Source: Verrucomicrobia bacterium ADurb.Bin006
Lineage (GTDB): Bacteria; Verrucomicrobiota; Verrucomicrobiia; Limisphaerales; J093
DNA length: 64,000 nt
Assembly (NCBI GenBank): GCA_002071485.1
Contig: MWFF01000086.1
Location: forward strand, 34,617-98,616
Direction of reading: 5' to 3'
A program made the translations under genes and the position numbers. The notes below the pieces were generated by a model that saw only the letters and a list, made by a program, of their open reading frames with translations, ran no database searches and had not been told where the DNA came from. Below are positions 8,887 to 16,423 of this stretch, in pieces (within the stretch, counting starts at the first letter, position 1; each line of letters begins with the position of its first letter).

Positions 8887-9684
8887 TCAGGGCATTCCCA
8901 GCAGAAACGCCCGGAGTTCGGCGAGCTTGTCGGTGTTGATCAAGTCAACCCCGGCGGCATGCTGGACGCGCCAGACGGGCTCGATATCCGGACCGCCCCA
9001 GAAGCGGACGCGCCGGCCCTGGGCGTGGGCGCGTTGAACAAGGTCGGCCAGCCTCTGCGCTTCCCCGGGCGGCATCTCCCCCTGGCCCCGCCAGGAGAAG
9101 CGGGCGCGCCAGTTCTCGCTGATCCAGGGAACGAGGCGCGCGCCCGCCGCTCCATCCAGGTCCGGCAGGCGTCCGTCGATGGCGGCCCGGCGGCGGGCTG
9201 TGGCGGCGAGCGCCGAACGGGGAGAGTTGCCGCTCAAGACGATTGTGACCGCGTTGGTCTCGGTGCGGTTCGCCGCAAAGACCGTGAGCATCTCGGCGTA
9301 TTCGTCGAGCACGGGCGCCAGCGCCGACCATGTCACATCCGACGGCGTCTTGAAATCGATCAGCAGGAAGAAATCGTGGTCGCCCGGAAAGACGCGCCCA
9401 CGATTGGACCGGACGCGGTCTCGCAGTGGGTCGAGATAGAGCGCCTGGAGGGTTCGTTTGGGATCGACCCGGGCGCGGTCATGGGCCACGAGCAACTGGC
9501 CGTCGATCGCGTAGATGTCGACCTCGACACTGCAGAATCCATGATCGAGCGCATCGAGCAGGGGGCGCGGATGCTCGTAGTCGTTGTGGCTGTGGGCGCG
9601 GGGGAGAGGAGGCGCAGCGGGTTTGTCGGCCGCGTTCGCCCAGAACAATCCGCCTGCCAGCAAAGCGGGGAGAAGCGAGTTCAC
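8887..9684 (-). CDS. Ca-dependent PI-PLC-like / glycerophosphodiesterase-like secreted phosphodiesterase
   Basis: AHSHNDYEH motif near the mature N-terminus and a TIM-barrel-sized body. A GTG at 9684 gives a clean signal peptide (NSLLPALLAGGLFWANA/AD). The longer ORF to 10176 is Arg-rich and looks non-coding. Confidence 0.72.
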   Translation of the reverse strand: MNSLLPALLAGGLFWANAADKPAAPPLPRAHSHNDYEHPRPLLDALDHGFCSVEVDIYAIDGQLLVAHDRARVDPKRTLQALYLDPLRDRVRSNRGRVFPGDHDFFLLIDFKTPSDVTWSALAPVLDEYAEMLTVFAANRTETNAVTIVLSGNSPRSALAATARRRAAIDGRLPDLDGAAGARLVPWISENWRARFSWRGQGEMPPGEAQRLADLVQRAHAQGRRVRFWGGPDIEPVWRVQHAAGVDLINTDKLAELRAFLLGMP

Positions 9685-9921
9685 GGGGCCAATGATCTCG
9701 CACACGGGCTTGGGAGTCGATCCCCGAGTTCCGAGGGAGGCGCGGCAGAGCCGCGACCAGAACAACCACAGAAGAAAACGAAGAAAACGAAGCTTGGGCG
9801 CACGAAGATTTTTGTGGCGCTTTGCGGCTTGTCTGATACATTCACGCGCCTTTCGCCGGGAACCGCTGGTTCTGGCGTGAGTTAACCAATTGCGAATCAT
9901 CACTTTGACCGATTCTTTGGC

Positions 9922-10512
9922 GTGACTGCGAAAAAGCGTACGAAGAAGAAGACTGCAGCGCCGTCCGGCAGCAAAGGCCGAACGGTGGGCACTGCCAGCG
10001 CGGCATCGATCCTGGGGATCAAACCCGTCGAGCAGACCGGCAAGGGCCTCCTTGGGGTTCGGCCCGGGTGGCAGAAATACTACAGCCACCTGATCGATTT
10101 GCGGGCTCGTCTGCGCCGGCAGATGAGCGGGCTTGCCAAGGAATCCGCCGAGGAAATGGACAGTTTCAGTCTGCACATGGCGGATTCGGGAACGGACAAT
10201 TTCGACCGGGATTTTGCCTTAAGCCTGCTCTCGTCGGACCACGATGCCATGTACGAGATCGAGGAGGCGCTCAAGCGCATCCAGCGGGGAACCTACGGGG
10301 TGTGCGAGCTGACTGGGAAGAACATTCCGAAGGCGCGACTCGAGGCGATTCCCTGGACTCGCTTCACGGTCGAGGCTCAAGCCCAACTCGAACGCGAGGG
10401 CGCCCTGCGCCAGCGGCGACTGGGGGCATTGGGCACGATCGACACGGTCGGACCCGCCGAGATCGAAGAGGAAGCCGACGAGGAAGAGAAATCGGCAAAA
10501 GAGAAGGAATAG
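9922..10512 (+). CDS. DksA/TraR-family regulator with a degenerate (Cys-poor) zinc finger
   Basis: The C-terminal core YEIEEALKRIQRGTYGVCELTGKNIPKARLEAIPWTRFTVEAQ matches the DksA/TraR finger region. Only one of the four canonical Cys residues is present. GTG start. Confidence 0.8.
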   Translation: MTAKKRTKKKTAAPSGSKGRTVGTASAASILGIKPVEQTGKGLLGVRPGWQKYYSHLIDLRARLRRQMSGLAKESAEEMDSFSLHMADSGTDNFDRDFALSLLSSDHDAMYEIEEALKRIQRGTYGVCELTGKNIPKARLEAIPWTRFTVEAQAQLEREGALRQRRLGALGTIDTVGPAEIEEEADEEEKSAKEKE

Positions 10513-10521
10513 CTGACGCAT

Positions 10522-10689
10522 ATGCCGCGAGAACTTGTCACAATCGAGTGCACTGAAGCGCGAAAAGAGGGGAAGCCCCCGTCCCGTTACATCACCACCC
10601 GGAACAAGAAGACGCAGACTGAGAAGGTCGAGCTGAAGAAGTACAATCGCTTTCTCCGGCGCCACACCCTTCACCGGGAAATCAAGTGA
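10522..10689 (+). CDS. rpmG: 50S ribosomal protein L33
   Basis: 55-aa ORF, below the ORF-track cutoff: [55 protein letters not shown]. Classic L33 TT(R/K)NKK...KKY...H.E.K pattern with a single Cys. Confidence 0.9.
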   Translation: MPRELVTIECTEARKEGKPPSRYITTRNKKTQTEKVELKKYNRFLRRHTLHREIK

Positions 10690-10698
10690 GATCTTAAT

Positions 10699-10977
10699 AT
10701 GCCACGCAAGACACATCTCGAACGGCCTTCAGGCGGACGCGGCGGACGCGGCGGACGCACGCGCGGCGGGACGCGCGAGGCGCGGGTTCCGCGGCCCAAG
10801 CCGAAGATCGATTTCACTGCCGACTCTCTGGACTACCGCAACGTCAATTTGTTGAAGCAGTTTGTGACCGATGCCGGACGCATCCTGCCGCGCAAGTACA
10901 CGGGGCTGCCGGCGCACTATCAGCGCCGACTCACTCTCTCGATCAAGCGGGCTCGACAGATGCTGCTGATGAAGTAA
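10699..10977 (+). CDS. rpsR: 30S ribosomal protein S18 with an N-terminal RGG-rich extension
   Basis: S18 core [47 protein letters not shown]. The N-terminus contains GGRGGRGGR. Confidence 0.92.
   Translation: MPRKTHLERPSGGRGGRGGRTRGGTREARVPRPKPKIDFTADSLDYRNVNLLKQFVTDAGRILPRKYTGLPAHYQRRLTLSIKRARQMLLMK
10732..10758 (+). repeat. perfect 3 x 9-bp tandem repeat (GGCGGACGC) inside rpsR
   Basis: Read directly from the sequence. Encodes GGRGGRGGR. Confidence 0.9.
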
Positions 10978-11273
10978 CTGGAAAGCCTGCCGGGATGGTC
11001 CCGGGCTGTCTTCGGGTGTGTTCTCCCCGTGGCGTGTTGCGATGGGACTTGTGGGGGGGCAGTGCGGTGGCATGGAGGGGCGGCTTGCGCGAGTGCTTGG
11101 GAGGAGTTGACCGCGGCGGTGGCGGGAGCGTGCGCGTCGGCCCTGGGGTGTGGAGAGGACAGCGGCATGGAAGCGATTTGATCGTATTCGGATTCAGGTG
11201 GGCAAGAGCGGGCGCTCCTCTTTGAACGATGCATTTCGCCGGGCAGTCGCCTGCGAAACAGACCGAGTGAGCC

Positions 11274-14200
11274 ATGAGCAACGGCAAGAGTAGAGCGGCG
11301 GCGGGTGGCGGAAAGCCGTCGCAAGCGCCTGTCAGTTCGGGCGCGTCCAAGGGCCGCCCGACGTCGATCCCCCCTCGAGCGTCTCTTTTCCGGAGAGTGG
11401 ACTGGGTGACGTTCGGGGTGACGACGCTGATCACGCTGCTGGCGTATCTCTGCACGCTGGCGCCGGATCTGACGCTCGAGGACTCCGGCGAGCTGGCGGT
11501 TGGATCCTACTACGCGGGCGTGCCGCACGCGCCGGGCTATCCGATCTGGACGATTTACTCTTGGTTGTTCACGGTTCTGCTGCCGTTTTCCAACGTGGCA
11601 TGGCGGGTGGCGGTGTCCTCGGCCGTGGCGGCGGCGTTTGCCAACGGGCTTCTGGGGCTGATCGTCTCGCGCGGCAGCAGCATGATGATCGAGAGCATCG
11701 AGGAGTTGCGGAGCATCGAGCGCCGATGGGAGAACGCTCTGTGCCTGGTTTCCGGATTCACCGCCGCCATTCTGATCGGCTTCAACGGCTTCATGTGGAG
11801 CCAGGCGGTGATTGTCGAGGTGTACACGCTGAGCGTTCTCTCGCTCATGGGGGTGCTGGTCTGCCTGTTGCACTGGAGCTACGCGCCCGATCAGCGGCGC
11901 TACCTCTACATCGCGTCTTTCCTGTTCGGCATCTGTTTCAACAATCACCAGACGCTGATCGTGGCCGCCATGGGCCTCGAGGTCGCGATTGCGGCAATCA
12001 ACCCGAAGCTGGGGCGGGACGCTTTTTTCATCAACGTGGTTTTCTTCGTGGCCGGCCTTGTGCTCAAGAGCATGGGCGTGTTGACGAGCTTCGACCAGAA
12101 TGCGCCCCTGTACTTCATCTACATCGCGGTGGGCGTGGGCTCGATCGCCGCGTGGGCCTACCTGACCTACCAGACCAACTCGATGTTGACCGAGTGGAAG
12201 TCAGTGCTCATCACCCTGGGCGCGTGGCTGCTCGGCGCGGCGTTTTACTTCTACATGCCGATCGCGTCGGCGACCAACCCGCCGATGAACTGGGGCTACC
12301 CGCGCACGTTCGACGGGTTCATCCACGCCTTCACCCGCGGCCAGTACGAAAAGACAAATCCCAGCAACATTTTTGTCGATCCGTTCCGTTTTCTGCTGCA
12401 GTTGAAGATGTATTTCGAGGGAGCGATCGACGAGTTTCATCTGGTGTATCTGTTGCTGGCGCTCGTGCCCTTCGTCTTCTTCGTCCGCATGCAGAAGCGC
12501 GAGCGGGCGTGGATTGTGGGCAACACGGCTGTGTACGCCTGTCTGGCCTTTCTGCTGTTGATCCTGCTCAATCCCCTGGTTGACCGGCAGAGCCGCGATC
12601 TGACGCGCGTCTTCTTCACGGCGTCTCACGTCACCATTGCCATGTTCTTGGGATACGGACTGACCCTGTTGGGCGCGTATCTGGTGACTCACTACCAGCA
12701 AACCCGCCCCTATGCTCTGTATGGCGCCGCGGTGGCGGCGGCGGTCGGCCTCTATTCGCTGGCCGCCCGCGTGCAGGAGGTGTACGGGCATCTGGCCGGC
12801 GAGCACGGCGGGATCGGTTTGCTCTTTCATGGACTGGGCCAGGCCTTTCGCCACCCCAGTTTCACCGCGCCCGTGCACGCCATCTATGCCGCGCTGTTTG
12901 TCCTGATTGTGGCGTTGGTGTTTCTGGGCGGCGTCCTTCTGCACCGCACCCGTCTGCGTCCTGAATTCGCGCTGGCCTGTTTTGCGGTAATGCCGTTTTT
13001 CGCCCCTCTGTCGCACTGGGCCGCCAACGAGCAGCGCGGCCACCTGTTCGGGTACTGGTTTGGGCATGACATGTTCGAGCCGCCCTTCGGACTTTACCCG
13101 CCGATGACTCGCAACGCCGTGCTGTATGGAGGAACGGATCCCGGGCGCTTCTGCCCGACCTACATGATTTTCTGCGAGAGCTTCATCAAGCCCGAGCAGC
13201 GGAGGAATCCGGCATTCGACCGACGCGACGTCTATATCATCACACAGAACGCCCTCGCCGACGGCACCTACCTGAACTATATCCGGGCGCATTACAACCG
13301 GAGCGCCCAGGTCGATCCGCCCTTCCTGCGCGACGCGGTTCTCTATGTGCAGACCATTGTGATGGGCAAGAGGGAGGCGGAGAAGCGGTTGAACGGGCAG
13401 GTGTACCGCATGAACGGACTCGCCAGAAGCGTCGGCAGCCTCACCAATCTCGTGGCCCCATTCGACCGGCTGATTCTGAATTTCGGACGGAAGGTCGAAG
13501 AGCGCCGGCGCCGGGAGGGCGTATATCCGCCCAAGGAGATTCAGACCGCGACGGTCGAGGATTCGCAGAAGGCATTCCAGGATTACATTGTGGATGCCCA
13601 GCGGCGCTACTATCACGACATGCAATACCCGAACGAGCCCAAGCAGATGCGCCTCGGTGAGATCGTGAATTTCACGCCTGACGGCCGTGTGCAGGTGGCG
13701 GGGCAGGTCGCCGTGATGGCGATCAACGGTCTGCTCACCAAGGTCATTTTCGACAAGAACCCGACCAACGAGTTTTACGTCGAAGAGAGTTTTCCGCTCG
13801 AGTGGATGTTTCCACATCTGACCCCGTACGGGATCATCATGAAGATCAACCGGCAACCGGTGCCGGAGTTGACGGAGGAGATGCTCGAGACGGACCACAG
13901 GTTCTGGTCGCAGTACGCCGAGCGGCTTTGCGGCAATTGGATCACCTACGACACGCCGGTCCGGGAGATCTGCGAGTATGCGGAGCGGGTCTATTTGCGG
14001 GGAAACCTGCGGGGATTCACCGGAGATGTCCGATTTGTCCGGGACAACGACTCGCAGAAGGCCTTCTCGAAATTGCGCAACTCGATCGCCGGCCTCTACG
14101 CGTGGCGGCTTGGTCCGGAGTGTCCCGAGAATCTTCGCCCGAAGACCTCAGCCGCGCGCGACTGCGTGATCAAGGAGGCCGACTTCGCGTTCAAACAGGC

Positions 14201-14861
14201 GTTTGCGTTTTGTCCGTACAGTCCCGAGACCGTCACTCGCTACGCCACGCTGTTGGCGAGTCTCGGCCGGGTGGACGACGCCCTGCTTGTCGCCGAAACC
14301 TCTCGGCAATTCGATCCGGAGAGTCCGTTTGCGGCGAGTCTGGTCAACCAACTGCGCCAGATGAAGGAAGGTCTCTCGTCCCTGAGCCAGCTCCAGGGCC
14401 AGATTGACATTCTGGACGCGCAGTACCGGACCAACACGAACAACATCCAGGCGGCGTTCAATCTGGTGGCCGCGCACCTCCAGCTCCAGCAGACCAATCC
14501 GGCGTTCAGCGTCTTGGATGAAATCGCCGCCCGCCCCAACGCCGATGTCGGGGCGCTCCTATCGGTGGCCCGCGCTTACGTCGATATCGGTCAGTACGCC
14601 CGGGCCGAACCGTCGCTCCAGCGATTGGTCATGCAAATGCCCGATTCGCCCGAAATCTGGTACGATCTGGCGGGGGCTCAGACCGCGCTCGGAAAGCAGG
14701 CCGAGGCCATTCAATCACTGGCTAGGTCGCTTCAGCTCAGCGCCGTTCGCCTGACGTCCGATCCCAAGGCGTCGAATCTGCAGGCCCTCGCGATCACCGA
14801 TTCCCGCTTTCAGACTCTGCGGGGCATCCCCGAGTTCCAGAAACTGGTTGCGCCCAAGTAG
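11274..14861 (+). CDS. DUF2723 (TMEM260-like, GT-C type glycosyltransferase) membrane protein with C-terminal TPR repeats
   Basis: 1195 aa. The N-terminal signature DSGELAVGSYYAGVPHAPGYPIWT is followed by many TM helices. The C-terminal ~250 aa are TPR-like (AFKQAFAFCPYSPE..., YARAEPSLQRLVMQMPDSPEIWYDLAG). Confidence 0.88.
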   Translation: MSNGKSRAAAGGGKPSQAPVSSGASKGRPTSIPPRASLFRRVDWVTFGVTTLITLLAYLCTLAPDLTLEDSGELAVGSYYAGVPHAPGYPIWTIYSWLFTVLLPFSNVAWRVAVSSAVAAAFANGLLGLIVSRGSSMMIESIEELRSIERRWENALCLVSGFTAAILIGFNGFMWSQAVIVEVYTLSVLSLMGVLVCLLHWSYAPDQRRYLYIASFLFGICFNNHQTLIVAAMGLEVAIAAINPKLGRDAFFINVVFFVAGLVLKSMGVLTSFDQNAPLYFIYIAVGVGSIAAWAYLTYQTNSMLTEWKSVLITLGAWLLGAAFYFYMPIASATNPPMNWGYPRTFDGFIHAFTRGQYEKTNPSNIFVDPFRFLLQLKMYFEGAIDEFHLVYLLLALVPFVFFVRMQKRERAWIVGNTAVYACLAFLLLILLNPLVDRQSRDLTRVFFTASHVTIAMFLGYGLTLLGAYLVTHYQQTRPYALYGAAVAAAVGLYSLAARVQEVYGHLAGEHGGIGLLFHGLGQAFRHPSFTAPVHAIYAALFVLIVALVFLGGVLLHRTRLRPEFALACFAVMPFFAPLSHWAANEQRGHLFGYWFGHDMFEPPFGLYPPMTRNAVLYGGTDPGRFCPTYMIFCESFIKPEQRRNPAFDRRDVYIITQNALADGTYLNYIRAHYNRSAQVDPPFLRDAVLYVQTIVMGKREAEKRLNGQVYRMNGLARSVGSLTNLVAPFDRLILNFGRKVEERRRREGVYPPKEIQTATVEDSQKAFQDYIVDAQRRYYHDMQYPNEPKQMRLGEIVNFTPDGRVQVAGQVAVMAINGLLTKVIFDKNPTNEFYVEESFPLEWMFPHLTPYGIIMKINRQPVPELTEEMLETDHRFWSQYAERLCGNWITYDTPVREICEYAERVYLRGNLRGFTGDVRFVRDNDSQKAFSKLRNSIAGLYAWRLGPECPENLRPKTSAARDCVIKEADFAFKQAFAFCPYSPETVTRYATLLASLGRVDDALLVAETSRQFDPESPFAASLVNQLRQMKEGLSSLSQLQGQIDILDAQYRTNTNNIQAAFNLVAAHLQLQQTNPAFSVLDEIAARPNADVGALLSVARAYVDIGQYARAEPSLQRLVMQMPDSPEIWYDLAGAQTALGKQAEAIQSLARSLQLSAVRLTSDPKASNLQALAITDSRFQTLRGIPEFQKLVAPK

Positions 14862-14886
14862 GCCGGGCGGGCCCGAGGGCCCGGCC
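14861..14886. terminator. GC-rich hairpin between convergent genes
   Basis: GGCCGGGC at 14861-14868 pairs with GCCCGGCC at 14879-14886. There is no clear U-tract. Confidence 0.35.
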
Positions 14887-14927
14887 CGTTGACGCGATCG
14901 TGTATCGAGGACTCGAAGAGCGTCATC

Positions 14928-15164
14928 TCAGGTCTCGAAGCGCAGCTCGCCGGACATCCGAGGCAGCCATTCCTGGCGGGGGCGGGGGGGCGGGGCGGGG
15001 CGCCAGTCGAACGCCTGATTCGCCACACGGTGCATCTGTTGGAACCACCAGGCGGCCCGTGCGAGGCGTCGTTCGCCCGGCGCCGGGCCCAGGCGGGGGG
15101 GCGTCCCGCTGAACGCCAGTTCGAGTTGTCCCCTTCCGTTTGCCATGTCGATTGTCGTCGTCAT
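14928..15164 (-). CDS. small hypothetical protein with an Arg-rich WWF motif
   Basis: 78-aa reading from the ATG at 15164: [20 protein letters not shown]...[35 protein letters not shown]. Third-codon positions are mostly G/C. No named family recognised. Confidence 0.45.
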   Translation of the reverse strand: MTTTIDMANGRGQLELAFSGTPPRLGPAPGERRLARAAWWFQQMHRVANQAFDWRPAPPPRPRQEWLPRMSGELRFET

Positions 15165-15182
15165 GGCCGCAGAGTACGGGAT

Positions 15183-15209
15183 GGGGTGGGGCAAATACGG
15201 TCCCACCCC
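15183..15209. other. perfect 8-bp G/C hairpin just upstream of the small ORF start
   Basis: GGGGTGGG at 15183-15190 pairs with CCCACCCC at 15202-15209, with an 11-nt loop. An A8/T8 run at 15213-15220 lies directly beside it. Confidence 0.6.
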
Positions 15210-15409
15210 TAGAAAAAAAACGCTGCTCGCCTGTCGGCGGCGGCACCGTTTGCACTTCTTGCCGCGGCCGCACGGATCAGGTGTATTGCACCCGATTCTC
15301 CCCGGTTCCCGACGAAGATGCCTTTCCCTCGTTGACGGCGCCCGTTGCCCGCAGTCTGAATCGCCACAGCGTCTGGTGCGGATTCTACGCCGTCAGCAGA
15401 TTGTATTCG

Positions 15410-16300
15410 TCAGGGATCGGTCTTCGAGGCCTCGGCCTTGTTGACAGTCCAGGAACCGCTCATGGAATTGTCGTTGTTCCAGCGGCGGTGCCAGACGTCG
15501 TTGGCCGGATCGATGACCAGGTTGCGGATGGCGCTTTCGGCGTGTCCGTCGCAGAACATAACGACGGTGCGTTTATTGTGGCGGTTCGAGGGCCATTCAG
15601 CCGGGGTGGTGGGGTCGATATTGCCGTCGAACAGTCCGTACCTCGGTTTGGCGCTGCTGCCGTCTCCGGGTTTGCTGTCGGCGAGCATGATCATTTCGGC
15701 GGGGTGTTTGACGGCGGCCTCGCTGACTTCATAAGCGGGGTTGTCGACGTCCCCTCCGAGGCCCTTGTCGCTGAACGCGGGGAAGGCACCCCAGTCGTTG
15801 TAGCCGATCGAGAAGAGGGCTGTCTCGCTCACGCCCCAGGGGTCGCGTCCGCTCCCGGTCATGTAGGGCGCGCCGAGGGATTTGTTGATGTTCGTGTCCC
15901 AGCGGCTGTCGGGTCTGGCGGAGGGGCAACTGAACACGGCGCGATTCGTGCCCATTTGGCTGAACAGGCGCAGGGGCCAGACGTAGCGGAAGCCACCCGA
16001 GGCGAAGAGGCATCCGGGATACTTGCCGTTTTCCTGGACGTACATGACGGTGGCGATCCCCAACTGGCGCATGTTGTTGAGGCAGGCCGTCATGTTGGCC
16101 TTGCTCTTGGCCCGAGCCAAGGCCGGCAGCAGCATGCCGGCGAGGATGGCGATGATGGCGATGACCACGAGCAGCTCGATGAGGGTGAAGGCAAGGCTCC
16201 GATGGCTGCGCGGTTCCCGGGTGGGGGGGCTGGGGGCGGAAAGCGGGCCGGCGTGCGAAACACTGGAACGGCTCGGCAAGATGGACGTAGCGGCGTTCAT
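15410..16300 (-). CDS. prepilin-type N-terminal cleavage/methylation domain protein, H-X9-DG family
   Basis: [31 protein letters not shown] pilin-like N-terminus. The C-terminal [13 protein letters not shown] is an exact H-X9-DG motif. Confidence 0.92.
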   Translation of the reverse strand: MNAATSILPSRSSVSHAGPLSAPSPPTREPRSHRSLAFTLIELLVVIAIIAILAGMLLPALARAKSKANMTACLNNMRQLGIATVMYVQENGKYPGCLFASGGFRYVWPLRLFSQMGTNRAVFSCPSARPDSRWDTNINKSLGAPYMTGSGRDPWGVSETALFSIGYNDWGAFPAFSDKGLGGDVDNPAYEVSEAAVKHPAEMIMLADSKPGDGSSAKPRYGLFDGNIDPTTPAEWPSNRHNKRTVVMFCDGHAESAIRNLVIDPANDVWHRRWNNDNSMSGSWTVNKAEASKTDP

Positions 16301-16423
16301 GATGGTCTCTTCTGCGAGTATTTGCTTGGCTCAGTGTACGGTGTTGGACGGGGCTTTGCCAGTGTTTTAAGCGGCAACTCCACGATTGCCCTCGAGGCAG
16401 GCTTTGCGCAATATCCGCCGCTT

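Noticed and set aside
9685-9921. Zur/Fur-type operator upstream of the Cys-poor dksA-like gene
   Set aside because: There are only weak AT-rich patches (TTGCGAATCATCAC, TGATACATTCA) with no clear 7-1-7 or 9-1-9 palindrome. The regulatory idea is kept as a hypothesis under findings, not as a feature.
10995-11225. 76-aa plus-strand ORF in the rpsR to DUF2723 gap
   Set aside because: It is Gly/Arg/Trp-rich and derives from the G-rich tract. Third-position GC is only about 65% by hand count, there is no motif, and it is more likely a 5' UTR.
15140-16423. The 5' 428 codons of the 1395-aa ORF that ends as leuS
   Set aside because: This part is antisense to the small WWF ORF and the H-X9-DG pilin-like gene. 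The LeuRS homology starts at 16424.
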